DNA of 64,000 nt from an uncultured Methanomicrobiales archaeon (GCA_963758915.1 CAVWXH010000010.1:64001-128000), one strand, 5' to 3'. Positions 50,926 to 61,107 are shown, numbered from the stretch's first letter. Made by a program: numbers and translations. Notes: generated by a model from the sequence alone, not told the origin.

Positions 50926-51594
50926 ATGAAGATTATAGGTCTAAACGGAAGCCCACACGGGAAAAACAGCCAGACGCTGCGCCTTGTGATGAAGGTACTC
51001 GAAGGGGCGAAGGACTCAGGTGCGGATATCGAATATACTGACCTCTGCGAACTTGAGATCAATTTCTGTACCGGATGTGGTGTATGCTATGCAAAAGGGG
51101 ATTGCATCAGTGCTGATGACTATCAGGAACTGCTTGAAAAGATCCTTGTTGCAGATGGGATCGTTCTCGGCTCACCGAATTACATCAATAACGTGACGGC
51201 CCAGGTCAAGGTAGTCCTTGACCGGATGGCAGACGTGATCCACTGCCAGATGCTTTCAGGGAAGTACGGTTGCTCAGTGTCGACGGCAGGCGGGTCCGGT
51301 GCAGAAGAAGTGGCAGCGTATCTCAACCGCTCACTTCAGCAGATGGGTGCTACGACCGTTGGCCTTGTCGGGGTGAATATCCTTGGCAATCCGGCAGCTA
51401 TTTCCAACCGGGAGAACGAGGCCTATAACCTTGGAACCGTGCTCGCAGATGCGATCATTAACCACGAGGAATACCCTGAGCAGGAGAAACTTCACCGGGA
51501 GCGGGCTGAATATATGAAAAACCTTGTCCTCATGAACAAGGACACCTGGACCCACGAGTACGAGTTCTGGAAAGAAACCGGGAAAATCAACTAA
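50926..51594 (+). CDS. Iron-sulfur flavoprotein/flavodoxin family
   Basis: GSP..T, CTGCGVC.....C, ADGIVLGSP.Y; ATG at 50926. Confidence 0.88.
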   Translation: MKIIGLNGSPHGKNSQTLRLVMKVLEGAKDSGADIEYTDLCELEINFCTGCGVCYAKGDCISADDYQELLEKILVADGIVLGSPNYINNVTAQVKVVLDRMADVIHCQMLSGKYGCSVSTAGGSGAEEVAAYLNRSLQQMGATTVGLVGVNILGNPAAISNRENEAYNLGTVLADAIINHEEYPEQEKLHRERAEYMKNLVLMNKDTWTHEYEFWKETGKIN

Positions 51595-51757
51595 ACCCCG
51601 GGATTTTTTCTTCGTATCCGGGGTTTGTAGACTCCTGTTTCCGGTAGTCTCCCTGTTGTGATACAGCGTGGTGGGTTGCTGGTAAAACAGCCGGCGTTTC
51701 GGTAACCCGGTAATCCTGAAACTATAAACCCGTACGGAGGAGATAGTATACCGTCAA

Positions 51758-53188
51758 ATGTCCCTCCCTGCCAGTCATACTCCGGCGGATACAAAAAACC
51801 CCCGGTTCATGGCATTTATCGTTTTTGCCGCTATTTTTATGGCAGTCCTCGACGGCAATGTGGTGAATATCGCACTACCCACAATTACCTCCTATTTCGG
51901 GGTGGATGTGACCTACTCCCAGTGGGTCGTCACCGCGTACCTCGTGACACTGACAAGTCTTCTCCTCATATTCGGGAGGGTGTCGGAGTATGTCGGGAGG
52001 GGGCGGATGTTTATTCTCGGGTTTGTAGTTTTTACCCTCGGATCGCTTGCCTGCGGCCTTGCGCCTGACCTCCCCGTCCTGATTATGTTCCGGGTTGTCC
52101 AGGCAACGGGTGCTGCAATGCTGTTCTCCATCTCGAGTGCGATCATTTACCAGCTGTATCCCCGCGGAGAGCAGGGAAAATCCATGGGGTATGTCGGCGC
52201 CACCGTCGCCATTGGCAGCATCGCCGGGCCGGTACTTGGGGGTTTCCTTGTTGATACGCTTGGATGGCAGTATATCTTCCTGATCAATGTCCCGATCGGT
52301 GCGGTGCTCATACCGGTCGCAATGAAATATTTCGGTTCGGGTGGCCCTGTCAAAAAAGATATCAGGATGGACTGGACCGGGGCCGTCACGATGGTCATCT
52401 TCATGGTATCCTTAATGCTCGCCCTGTCATCCCTTGCAGCGGACCTCGCGGTTACCCCGCCTGTAGCGTTCTATACCGCTATTTTCCTGGCCTCGTTTAC
52501 CCTCTTCCTTCTCACGGAGCGGAGGGTGTCAAATCCCCTTCTGGACCTCTCAATTTTCCGCGTACCTGCATTCTGCCTGCCAGTCCTTGCCACCGCATTA
52601 TATTTCATCGCTCTCTTCATGGTGAATATCCTCGGCCCGTTCTATTTTGAGGGGGTCCTCAATCTCCTGCCCTCGCAGGTCGGCCTGGTGTTCCTCATAA
52701 TCCCCGTGATCATGGTAGTGGGCTCCCCCGTGGCGGGATGGCTCTATGACAACCATTATTCCCCGTATTATGCGGCAGTTGGTATGGCCGTTACGACAGG
52801 CTCTTTGCTCCTGCTGGCCGTCCTTTCCACGAGGATGGACCTGTTCCTGATTGTGCTGGCATTTATCCCCATGACCATCGGGATGGTCCTGTTCCAGAGT
52901 CCCAATAATACCGAGATCATGAGTTCCCTTCCGGCTGAAAAAATCGGTATTGCATCAAGTGTCAGTGCGACGGTAAGGAATCTCGGTATGGCGCTTGGTG
53001 TTTCGCTGGCAAGTATCCTGTTATCGATCAGTACCAGCCATGCAGGATACTCAGGGCCGGTACTCCTGGCCGGACCGGTAATCCTCTCTTCGGCATTTTC
53101 CCTGATCATGGTGGTTTCTGCGGTGCTTACCCTCCTTGCCGCCGGGGTATCATTGCTCCGGGCGGGAATAGCAAAAAAAGAGGCCTGA
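51758..53188 (+). CDS. MFS drug:H+ antiporter (DHA2/EmrB-QacA)
   Basis: LDGNVVNIALP, GRVSEYVGRGR, GPVLGG..W.YIFLINVPIG; about 14 TM. Confidence 0.92.
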   Translation: MSLPASHTPADTKNPRFMAFIVFAAIFMAVLDGNVVNIALPTITSYFGVDVTYSQWVVTAYLVTLTSLLLIFGRVSEYVGRGRMFILGFVVFTLGSLACGLAPDLPVLIMFRVVQATGAAMLFSISSAIIYQLYPRGEQGKSMGYVGATVAIGSIAGPVLGGFLVDTLGWQYIFLINVPIGAVLIPVAMKYFGSGGPVKKDIRMDWTGAVTMVIFMVSLMLALSSLAADLAVTPPVAFYTAIFLASFTLFLLTERRVSNPLLDLSIFRVPAFCLPVLATALYFIALFMVNILGPFYFEGVLNLLPSQVGLVFLIIPVIMVVGSPVAGWLYDNHYSPYYAAVGMAVTTGSLLLLAVLSTRMDLFLIVLAFIPMTIGMVLFQSPNNTEIMSSLPAEKIGIASSVSATVRNLGMALGVSLASILLSISTSHAGYSGPVLLAGPVILSSAFSLIMVVSAVLTLLAAGVSLLRAGIAKKEA

Positions 53189-53257
53189 TATGACCTGTAG
53201 CGGCGGGGGATAAAAAAAATCCGGTTCGATTTTTATGGTAACAGATTAACTATTTGT

Positions 53258-53512
53258 GCTTTGTTGAAACCCTTCGGTGTCATAATATAAGAGGGAACTA
53301 CGAAGACAAGGGGGGGTTTCACCCCCCTGCCCCACACCTATTAAGATATTCTTCGGGCAGGGTTTCGGCGCAGGCTCATTAAATTCAGAGTATTGGGGGA
53401 TAGTCTCTATCCCGACCGGTGCGCCACAGCGGCGGGCCATGAGCCCCGGGAGCGTAGATAAATTTCAGAATAATCAGGATTCCGGGTGCCTATTATAGCT
53501 TTTCAACAGAGC
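53258..53512. mobile_element. MITE-like repeat, copy 4 (short form)
   Basis: TIRs GCTTTGTTGAAA / TTTCAACAGAGC; shared hairpin core; 3' internal segment missing. Confidence 0.8.
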
Positions 53513-53919
53513 GGTTTTAAGAAATCTTTTCCTGGTTTACCTGTTCTGATTGAGTAGTAATGGTTGCAGGGTTGAACGGGGGCCCCCTCGCGTGTGGGCT
53601 TCGTCTTATTACCTATGGTACCTACCTGCTCTGTGCCCTGCTCCTCCATGCGTACGAGGCAATGGATGTCGTGGAAATCAGGGCGCGAGCCACAAAACGC
53701 GTCATTACTACTGCATTTTTTGTTGCAGCGCTCTGTATCTTCGGACCTCCCGCTCTCGCCGGGAGTCATGCAGCACCGTTCTGATCCGGGACTACTTGAG
53801 CGATTGTTTTTCCGGGCTACGGTAACCCGGGCAATACCCCCTGGAAGGCCTTGGCGGCAGGGCTCAAAATACTGTGAATTCAAGCGGATAATGAAAAAAA
53901 GGCCATAATTAGTAATAAA

Positions 53920-53992
53920 GGCCAGGGCCGAGACTCGAACCCGGGTCGGGGGATCCACAGTCCCCTAGGATAACCAACTACCCCACCCTGGC
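53920..53992 (-). tRNA. tRNA-His (GTG)
   Basis: Reverse strand GCCAGGG...CCCTGGC-C, GGGGA-CTGTGGA-TCCCC anticodon arm, TTCGAGT T-loop. Confidence 0.95.
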
Positions 53993-54234
53993 AAAATATC
54001 CCTCTTACTTTTATGATTGAATATACTTAAGCTAACTGCTTGAGACTCAGGCTTCCCGGATCCAAAAGCTTGTGAATTGCCGGTAATCGCAAGTAGCGGA
54101 TGCCCGGTGACGCTGCACCTGATCTGTTTTCTGCTCCTTGTCCTTTCAATAGTGTCCCTGACATGGCAATAAACGCAACAACCGCCCGGATGCGATAAAA
54201 GAGACTATTTAATAATCACTATGCGCTATTACAT

Positions 54235-54328
54235 AGCAGTGAGTGATGAATTGTTGTCTACCTGATGAATAGGCCGGGAGATCGCGGAAATCCGCGGATT
54301 TTTCCCGGATAGTTATCAGGGCCCTGCT
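54235..54328 (+). ncRNA. Candidate structured leader or sRNA upstream of infB
   Basis: TATA-like TATTTAAT at about 54206; AGCAG/CTGCT ends; GTGATGA-12nt-CTGA; about 60-nt hairpin at 54261-54320. Confidence 0.35.
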
Positions 54329-54366
54329 CTCAACACTTCCATATCCTCCTGGCAATTGCTTCAGGG

Positions 54367-56154
54367 GTGGTGAATACGGCAACACATCAGAAGATCCGGA
54401 CGCCTATTGTTTGCGTGCTCGGGCATGTCGACCACGGGAAAACGTCCCTGCTCGACAGGATACGGGGCTCATCAGTAGTGAAATCAGAAGTGGGTGCGAT
54501 TACCCAGCATATTGGTGCAACGATGGTCCCGATAGATGCCATCAGGCTGATGAGCGGAGCAATGGGTAAGCTCTCAACCAATGTCCCGGGCCTCCTCTTT
54601 ATCGATACGCCCGGGCACCAGGCATTTACCACCCTGCGCGCCAGGGGCGGGGCACTGGCTGATATGGCAATCGTCGTCGTCGATATCAACCAGGGTTTCC
54701 AGCCACAGACAATCGAGGCGTTGCAGATCCTCCGTGCCTGCAAGACCCCGTTTGTCCTTGCGGCTACCAAGATGGACAAACTGCATGGCTGGAGACCAAA
54801 CCCGGGTGATCCATTTTCCACTACCTTCTCAAAACAGAATGACCGTGTGAAGGAGTTCCTCGAGAAAAAGATCTACGAAATTGTCGGCGAGTTATCTGAT
54901 CTCGATTTCTCCGCTGAGCGGTTTGACCGGGTGAATGATTTCCAGAGGAACCTGGCAATTGTCCCTGTCAGTGCACATACCGGTGAGGGGATCGCCGAAC
55001 TGCTGATGGTGATGATCGGGCTTGCCCAGCGGTACATGGAAGACTCCCTTGCACTGCTTGTAGATGGTCCTGGGAAAGGCACCGTGCTTGAAGTCAAGGA
55101 AGAGCGGGGCCTTGGGACAACCCTTGATGTAATCCTGTATGATGGCACGTTATCGGTAGGTGACGAGATTGCCGCTGCCACGCAGGACGGCCCGATCATC
55201 ACAAAAGTACGTTCGCTCCTTAAGCCGCGGCCGATGAAGGAGATCCTTGTAGAAGACCGCTTTGAACGTGTCAAGTCAGTCACTGCTGCGGTAGGGATCA
55301 AGCTGACGGCGCCTGACCTCGAGGAAGTAATAGCCGGCTCACCAATCCGTGTCATCCGGGGAGACCCTGCAGAAGCGATGGAAGAGATCCGGCGTGAGAT
55401 GGAGGATATCCACGTAGAGCTCAGCCCGGAAGGACTCGTTATCAAGGCAGATACCATCGGGGCCCTCGAGGCGATCTGCAAAGAGCTGACCGAGAAGAAT
55501 ATCGACGTAATGAAGGCCAGTGTCGGCCCGGTCAGCCGTCACGACATCATCGAGACCGGCACGATAAAAAACCCCTATTATCGTGTTTTATTAAGTTTCA
55601 ATACTGCAATCCTTCCCGATGCGGGAGAGATGATAAAGGATCCCGTGTATGCCCATATACGGGTTTTTTCCGGGCGCGTGATTTACCAGCTCGTGGACGA
55701 TTACGTTGCATGGCGCGATGATGTAAAACGGAAAATGGAAAAACAGCGGTTCGAACAGATCGTGATGCCGGCGAAGATCCGGGTCCTCCCGAATTGTATC
55801 TTCCGCCAGAGTAACCCGGCCGTGGTGGGTGTCCGGGTCCTTGGCGGCGCACTCCGGACTGATGTGAACCTTGTCCAGCGTGACGGCAGGAAGGTTGGTC
55901 ATCTCAAGTCCATCCAGTATAACCAGGAGGCGATCAGGGAAGCCGAAGCAGGAAAGGAGGTCGCGATCTCGATTGAAGGTGCGACGGTCGGGCGACAACT
56001 GGATGTCGATGACGACCTGTATGTCGATATCCCGGAACGCCACGTAAAAGTCCTGGAGCGCGAAATGCTTTCCCATCTCCCGATCCCGACACAGGAAGTG
56101 CTCGGGGAGTTCACCTCGATGAAACGACGGGCAGAACCCTTCTGGGGAAAGTAG
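54367..56154 (+). CDS. infB: Translation initiation factor aIF5B (IF-2); start uncertain (GTG 54367/54370 or ACG 54376)
   Basis: IRTPIVCVLGHVDHGKT, ITQHIGA, DTPGH, IKADTIGALEA, PFWGK C-terminus. Confidence 0.97.
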   Translation: MVNTATHQKIRTPIVCVLGHVDHGKTSLLDRIRGSSVVKSEVGAITQHIGATMVPIDAIRLMSGAMGKLSTNVPGLLFIDTPGHQAFTTLRARGGALADMAIVVVDINQGFQPQTIEALQILRACKTPFVLAATKMDKLHGWRPNPGDPFSTTFSKQNDRVKEFLEKKIYEIVGELSDLDFSAERFDRVNDFQRNLAIVPVSAHTGEGIAELLMVMIGLAQRYMEDSLALLVDGPGKGTVLEVKEERGLGTTLDVILYDGTLSVGDEIAAATQDGPIITKVRSLLKPRPMKEILVEDRFERVKSVTAAVGIKLTAPDLEEVIAGSPIRVIRGDPAEAMEEIRREMEDIHVELSPEGLVIKADTIGALEAICKELTEKNIDVMKASVGPVSRHDIIETGTIKNPYYRVLLSFNTAILPDAGEMIKDPVYAHIRVFSGRVIYQLVDDYVAWRDDVKRKMEKQRFEQIVMPAKIRVLPNCIFRQSNPAVVGVRVLGGALRTDVNLVQRDGRKVGHLKSIQYNQEAIREAEAGKEVAISIEGATVGRQLDVDDDLYVDIPERHVKVLEREMLSHLPIPTQEVLGEFTSMKRRAEPFWGK

Positions 56155-56330
56155 TATTTAATAGCACATTCGCCCAATGTAATTGGTACTTCCCGGATGG
56201 TTCCGCACGGGCGGGCCGTCACAGAATTCAGGATTTTCACCCCTGGTGTGGTCCTGTATCCATCTACAGGGCAGCAAACGGGATTGCGGTATCCCCCTGA
56301 TCAGGATAAAAATAACCGGAGAATGAGATA

Positions 56331-56735
56331 ATGGTTGAATTTAAAATAGTCTTATCAGACCCTAAAAACGGACAGTCCCACAAAGTCGATGTAAGCGGCG
56401 GCGCGGCAGCATTCCTAATGGGCAAACATGTCGGTGACGAAGTTGATGCCACATCCCTCGGCATTGCCGGGTACAGGATCAAGATCACCGGTGCATCCGA
56501 CAGGAACGGTACTCCTGCAAAGCAGAACCTCCCGTTTGCGGGACGCAGGAAACTGCTGCTTTCAGGCGGTGTAGGTTTCCACCCGGTCATGGATGGCGAA
56601 CGCCGCCGGAAACCAGTCCGCGGGAATGAAATTACCGCAGATTTTGTCCAGATAAATGCAAAGGTCACCACATACGGTGAAAAAGCCCTTGAGGAGCTCT
56701 TCCCGAAGGCCGCGCCCGCCGAAAAGGCAGCATAA
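56331..56735 (+). CDS. rps6e: 30S ribosomal protein S6e
   Basis: FKIVLSDP, ITGASD..G.P, GERRRK.VRGN. Confidence 0.95.
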   Translation: MVEFKIVLSDPKNGQSHKVDVSGGAAAFLMGKHVGDEVDATSLGIAGYRIKITGASDRNGTPAKQNLPFAGRRKLLLSGGVGFHPVMDGERRRKPVRGNEITADFVQINAKVTTYGEKALEELFPKAAPAEKAA

Positions 56736-56736
56736 A

Positions 56737-57201
56737 TCAATACTTTTTTAACAGGTTTTCTTTCAGGGCAACAATATGTTCCCCAACAGGGACGCCGTAG
56801 CGCTTTGCAAGAATGATTACGGCAGCTTCAGGCCTGAGAAGGTCGTCAAAATCCTTGGATTTCATGCGGTTCATCTCTGCAACAATCTCGGTCTCCTGCC
56901 TGCCGCTTGATTTTACCACTATGTCGATCAGCGACTGTACGGGATCATTTAATTCAAAAACCGACTGGGACGGTTTGAAGCCAATAGGGACTTCCACAGA
57001 ACTGATATCAAATTTCGGTGCGAGCATTTCCCCGTCATATCCGATGAGCCCCTCGTCCAGCGCACGTTTCAGGATGACATTGGCCTGCTCTATACTCATC
57101 CATTTTCTGTCAAATGCGAGGTAGTATACGACCTCATTTTTCTTAAGCCGGTCTTTCCTCGTATGGCGGAATGGTGCAGCTATCGTTGTGATCAGGCTCA
57201 A
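56737..57201 (-). CDS. DUF2240-family protein
   Basis: IAAPF..LAFDRKWMS..P.FD..VP.GFKP. Confidence 0.75.
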   Translation of the reverse strand: MSLITTIAAPFRHTRKDRLKKNEVVYYLAFDRKWMSIEQANVILKRALDEGLIGYDGEMLAPKFDISSVEVPIGFKPSQSVFELNDPVQSLIDIVVKSSGRQETEIVAEMNRMKSKDFDDLLRPEAAVIILAKRYGVPVGEHIVALKENLLKKY

Positions 57202-57471
57202 TACCCGGTCCCCCTTGTGAGGATTTCATCCCTTCGTATCAATACGTGCCAGACTGCCATGTTGTCCCTTGTAGTATTCTGCGAAGGGCTGCTATCAATT
57301 CATTGGTGCCTGTGTGCCTTCCGGAGTACCTGCCGTTACCAGACAACTGGCATTTCCCCATCCATGACGTACCGTAACATGGTACCAGAAAAATTGCCAT
57401 GGCCGGATATGCAGTAGGATCCTAACACCAACCCGGCACGCCGGGATTTCGTAAAAACCGGAAAAATAGAT

Positions 57472-57849
57472 TTATTCGATCAGAATGGCGTTTATTACAC
57501 CGTTCTGGCCGGGGCGGCTTATAATCCGTGCGCTACCGAGTTCGGTATGAATAATTGCGCCCTTGGTAAGGAGATTTCGCCGTACATAGTTGGGGTTTGC
57601 CCCGTTCTTCTCTACCTTTTCGATCTTGACTTTCTGTGCCTTTCCGGTTGAACGAGTGGATACGGTTGCAAAGGTTGCTTTTAATGCACGAATCTTCTGG
57701 TTCCCGCCAAATGTGCGGACCAGCCTGATCCTGTCTATGCCAATATGGGTATCTGCGGGTCCTGAACCGATCTCTGCTCTTCGTTTTCCCTGTGCAGGCC
57801 GGTATCTTCCACCGGTTGCCTGCCTGACTGATCTACCTTGCCAAAGCAT
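57472..57849 (-). CDS. rps8e: 30S ribosomal protein S8e
   Basis: WQGRS..TGGR, RTFGGN, NYVRRNLLTKGAII, SRPGQNGVINA. Confidence 0.96.
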   Translation of the reverse strand: MLWQGRSVRQATGGRYRPAQGKRRAEIGSGPADTHIGIDRIRLVRTFGGNQKIRALKATFATVSTRSTGKAQKVKIEKVEKNGANPNYVRRNLLTKGAIIHTELGSARIISRPGQNGVINAILIE

Positions 57850-57940
57850 TGTAATTGCCCCTTTTATGATATCATCGCCGGAATCCTTCCCTGCGATAGT
57901 GCTCTAAATATTGCCTCCTGTTCTATATATGTTGAACGGA

Positions 57941-58588
57941 TCACCGGAGTATGGCATCGAGGAGGGGTGCGACACCGTCCCCGGTCTTTAAATTAGTACG
58001 GAACACCTGCATCCCGGGGTTGTACCGGTGCATGTCCCGCTCCATCCGGTCGAGATCCGCCCCTACCAGTGGCGCAAGGTCTACCTTGTTGATCACACCG
58101 ATCTGGCAGCCGCGGAACATCATCGGGTGCTTGTTGACCACGTCGTCACCTTCTGTTGAACTCACGACCACGATGCGTTTCTCGGCACCAAGCCGGAAAT
58201 CCGTGGGGCAGACCATGTTTCCCACGTTTTCGATAAAGAGCACGTCGATCTGCCCGAGGGGCAGGTGGTCAATGGCGTGCTCGACGATGTGGGCATCCAG
58301 GTGGCATTCCTTGCCGGTGTTCGCGTTCACCGCCGGGATCCCCAGGGCCACGATTCTCTTGAAATCATCGTCACCGTAGACATCGCCCGCAATAGCGCCT
58401 GCTTTTAACCCCTTTTCCGACAGGAGGGGGGCCATCCGTTCGATCAGGGCCGTCTTGCCGGACCCGATCGCCCCGAGCAGGTCAAAGGCCCGGACCCCGT
58501 GCTCCCTGAGATGGGATGAGTTAGCGTCGGCAATACTATTATTGACGTCGTATACATCTTTTTCAATTCTGACGTCGATATGGTGCAT
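57941..58588 (-). CDS. hypB: Hydrogenase nickel incorporation GTPase
   Basis: GAIGSGKT, TGKECHLDAH, ENVGNMVCP, NKVD; start at MHHID. Confidence 0.95.
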   Translation of the reverse strand: MHHIDVRIEKDVYDVNNSIADANSSHLREHGVRAFDLLGAIGSGKTALIERMAPLLSEKGLKAGAIAGDVYGDDDFKRIVALGIPAVNANTGKECHLDAHIVEHAIDHLPLGQIDVLFIENVGNMVCPTDFRLGAEKRIVVVSSTEGDDVVNKHPMMFRGCQIGVINKVDLAPLVGADLDRMERDMHRYNPGMQVFRTNLKTGDGVAPLLDAILR

Positions 58589-58644
58589 GAGTAGTATGTT
58601 TCCCCCGACATTGTTTATAGGTTCACTCCCAAACATATGAAATC

Positions 58645-58917
58645 ATGAAAGGAGTGTGCATTCTCTATCCCTGCTATTTCAACGCAAGCCTGAAGCGCGA
58701 ACAGGGGAGGAAAGTGCCTCTGTCAAAGGCGGTAAAAAACCCCACACTGGCTGACATCGAGAACTCACTGAAAAAAAGCGGTGTGAAATATCTTGCCGAA
58801 CAGAAGCATCACCCCTGTCACTGGGCCAAGCGGGAAGGGCGTATTGTGGTCACGTGGGATAAATCAAAACCGGAACTGCTGAAGCGTGTATGTGCAAAAC
58901 TTGAGGCCAGAAAATGA
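58645..58917 (+). CDS. srp19: Signal recognition particle protein Srp19
   Basis: LYPCYF..REQGRKVP..P, K.HP..W..GRI. Confidence 0.9.
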   Translation: MKGVCILYPCYFNASLKREQGRKVPLSKAVKNPTLADIENSLKKSGVKYLAEQKHHPCHWAKREGRIVVTWDKSKPELLKRVCAKLEARK

Positions 58918-59567
58918 CCGGTCTCTACGACCTCCACACGCACACGCTTGTGAGCGACGGAGAGATGCTGCCGGTTGAACTGATACGCCGGATGTCAGTC
59001 ATCGGGTATACGACGGTTGCAATTACTGATCATGTCGATGCTACCAATACCAGATCAGTCGTTGAAAACCTGCAGGTATTACGTACCTCTGCCGGGCATT
59101 TCGGAGTCCACCTCCTGGTCGGGGTGGAGATCACCCATGTACCCCCTGTTGAAATCCCGTCACTCGCAGAACTTGCCAAAAATTCCGGTGCAGATATCGT
59201 GCTGGTTCATGGGGAGACCCTTGTTGAACCGGTCGCACCCGGCACCAACCATGCTGCCTGTGCCTGCCCCCTGGTTGATGTGCTTGCCCATCCCGGGCTG
59301 ATCAGCGCGTCCGATGTGAAACTGGCAGTTGAAAACGGGCTTGCGCTGGAGCTGACTTCCCGGGGCGGACACAACCGTGCGAACGGTCATGTGGCAAAAC
59401 TGGCCAGGGAACACGGGTGCATGCTTGTTGTGGACTCGGATGCCCATGCCCCGCACGATCTCCTTGACGAGCGCGCACGGATTTCGATTGCAAGGGGTGC
59501 AGGACTCGATGAGCAGGAATGCAGGCAGGTAATGTCTTTAAATATCAAACAATGGTTGTCCCGGTGA
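58914..59567 (+). CDS. PHP-domain phosphoesterase
   Basis: DLHTHT..SDGE, ITDH, VHGET, LAHPG, DSDAH. Confidence 0.88.
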   Translation: MTGLYDLHTHTLVSDGEMLPVELIRRMSVIGYTTVAITDHVDATNTRSVVENLQVLRTSAGHFGVHLLVGVEITHVPPVEIPSLAELAKNSGADIVLVHGETLVEPVAPGTNHAACACPLVDVLAHPGLISASDVKLAVENGLALELTSRGGHNRANGHVAKLAREHGCMLVVDSDAHAPHDLLDERARISIARGAGLDEQECRQVMSLNIKQWLSR

Positions 59568-59692
59568 ATTTCTCAATATCCATATTTAAAATTTCACAAC
59601 AGCCTTTTATACTACGACTATCAATATATATAGATTGCTAAATCATTCAGCTGTACAAGTCAGCTGCCCGGCATTCTATCGAGGTAACTTCT

Positions 59693-59917
59693 GTGAGAGC
59701 AATTGGTCGCGCTCTGAATAGATATGGCAGGCGTATGCTGATCGTGCAATGTGATGCTGCACAACTCCCCCGTTTATACAGCGAGGTTATTGACAGGCGG
59801 ATGAAACCCGTAGGGAAGATTATGGACGTCTTTGGAAAGGTCTCGTCCCCTTACGCGGTTGTCCTCTGTCGTAACCCGTGTGAGACGGTGGCTGGTGAGA
59901 AGTTATATTCGAAGTAG
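59693..59917 (+). CDS. gar1: H/ACA RNP component Gar1
   Basis: VGKIMDVFG.V..PY; usual position upstream of tfb. Confidence 0.85.
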   Translation: MRAIGRALNRYGRRMLIVQCDAAQLPRLYSEVIDRRMKPVGKIMDVFGKVSSPYAVVLCRNPCETVAGEKLYSK

Positions 59918-59932
59918 AACAGGTGAGGCAGT

Positions 59933-60943
59933 ATGCAGGAAGTAGAAAAATTAAAAATTCTCCAGAACGAGAGGGAAGCCCTCAAAAATCGTGTCAAGGA
60001 ACGTGTGAAAGAGCACGAAAAGAAGGCTGAGGACCACACCGAGACGGTATGTCCCGAATGTGGCAGCCGGCAGCTGGTACACGACTATGAACGTGCCGAA
60101 CTGGTATGCCAGAACTGCGGTCTTGTAATCGATGATGATTTCATTGACCGTGGACCTGAATGGCGTGCATTCGACCACGACCAGCGGATGAAGAGGTCCA
60201 GGGTAGGTGCACCGATGACCTTTACGATCCACGACAAGGGCCTCTCAACGATGATTGACTGGAGGAACCGTGACAGTTACGGGCGTGCGATCTCATCCAA
60301 GAACCGTGCCCAGCTGTACCGCCTCCGGAAGTGGCAGCGCCGGATACGTGTATCAAATGCAACCGAAAGAAACCTCGCCTTTGCACTATCAGAACTTGAC
60401 CGGATGGCTTCGGCACTCGGTCTTCCGAGAAACGTGCGTGAGACCGCAGCAGTCGTATACCGTGACGCGGTAGACAAGAACCTTATCCGCGGAAGAAGTA
60501 TCGAAGGTGTGGCAGCAGCAGCCCTCTATGCGGCATGCAGGCAGTGCAATGTCCCAAGGACGCTGGATGAGATCGCCGAAGTGTCCCGTGTGTCAAGGAA
60601 AGAGATCGGTCGTACCTACCGGTTCATCTCCCGTGAACTCGGGTTGAAACTTCTCCCCACCTCACCGATTGATTACGTTCCCAGGTTCTGCTCAGGTCTC
60701 TCCCTGAAAGGTGAAGTGCAGAGCCGTGCGGTCGAGATCCTGAGGCAGGCAGGCGAACGCGAACTTACAAGCGGGCGCGGCCCGACCGGGGTTGCGGCAG
60801 CTGCAATCTACATTTCATCAATTCTCGGTGGAGAGCGGCGGACCCAGCGGGAAGTCGCAGAGGTCGCAGGCGTGACTGAGGTCACAATCAGGAACAGATA
60901 TAAGGAACTGGCAGAAAAGTTAGATATCGAAATTATTCTTTAA
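59933..60943 (+). CDS. tfb: Transcription initiation factor IIB
   Basis: CPECG zinc ribbon, GPEWRAF, two cyclin repeats, TIRNRYKEL. Confidence 0.98.
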   Translation: MQEVEKLKILQNEREALKNRVKERVKEHEKKAEDHTETVCPECGSRQLVHDYERAELVCQNCGLVIDDDFIDRGPEWRAFDHDQRMKRSRVGAPMTFTIHDKGLSTMIDWRNRDSYGRAISSKNRAQLYRLRKWQRRIRVSNATERNLAFALSELDRMASALGLPRNVRETAAVVYRDAVDKNLIRGRSIEGVAAAALYAACRQCNVPRTLDEIAEVSRVSRKEIGRTYRFISRELGLKLLPTSPIDYVPRFCSGLSLKGEVQSRAVEILRQAGERELTSGRGPTGVAAAAIYISSILGGERRTQREVAEVAGVTEVTIRNRYKELAEKLDIEIIL

Positions 60944-60963
60944 TAACCATTTTTTTAAAGGGT

Positions 60964-61035
60964 GGGCTTGTAGATCAGGGGTAGATCGTTACGTTCGCAA
61001 CGTAAAGGCCGCGGGTTCAAATCCCGCCAAGTCCA
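60964..61035 (+). tRNA. tRNA-Ala (CGC)
   Basis: GGGCTTG/CAAGTCC acceptor with G3:U70; TTACG-TTCGCAA-CGTAA anticodon arm. Confidence 0.95.
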
Positions 61036-61107
61036 TGTTCCGTTCACATCAACAAAGATATCTGGTTTTTTGGAGTGGGGCAGTAAACCGCCCGGATAGA
61101 AATAATA

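Noticed and set aside
53560-53784. 74-aa hydrophobic ORF after MITE copy 4
   Set aside because: No clear SD or family motif and several equally weak overlapping ORFs; not supportable, though not excluded.
54262-54292. Hammerhead ribozyme (CTGATGA...GAAA)
   Set aside because: No stem II closes between CUGAUGA and GAAA, and no stem I/III with an NUH site could be built.
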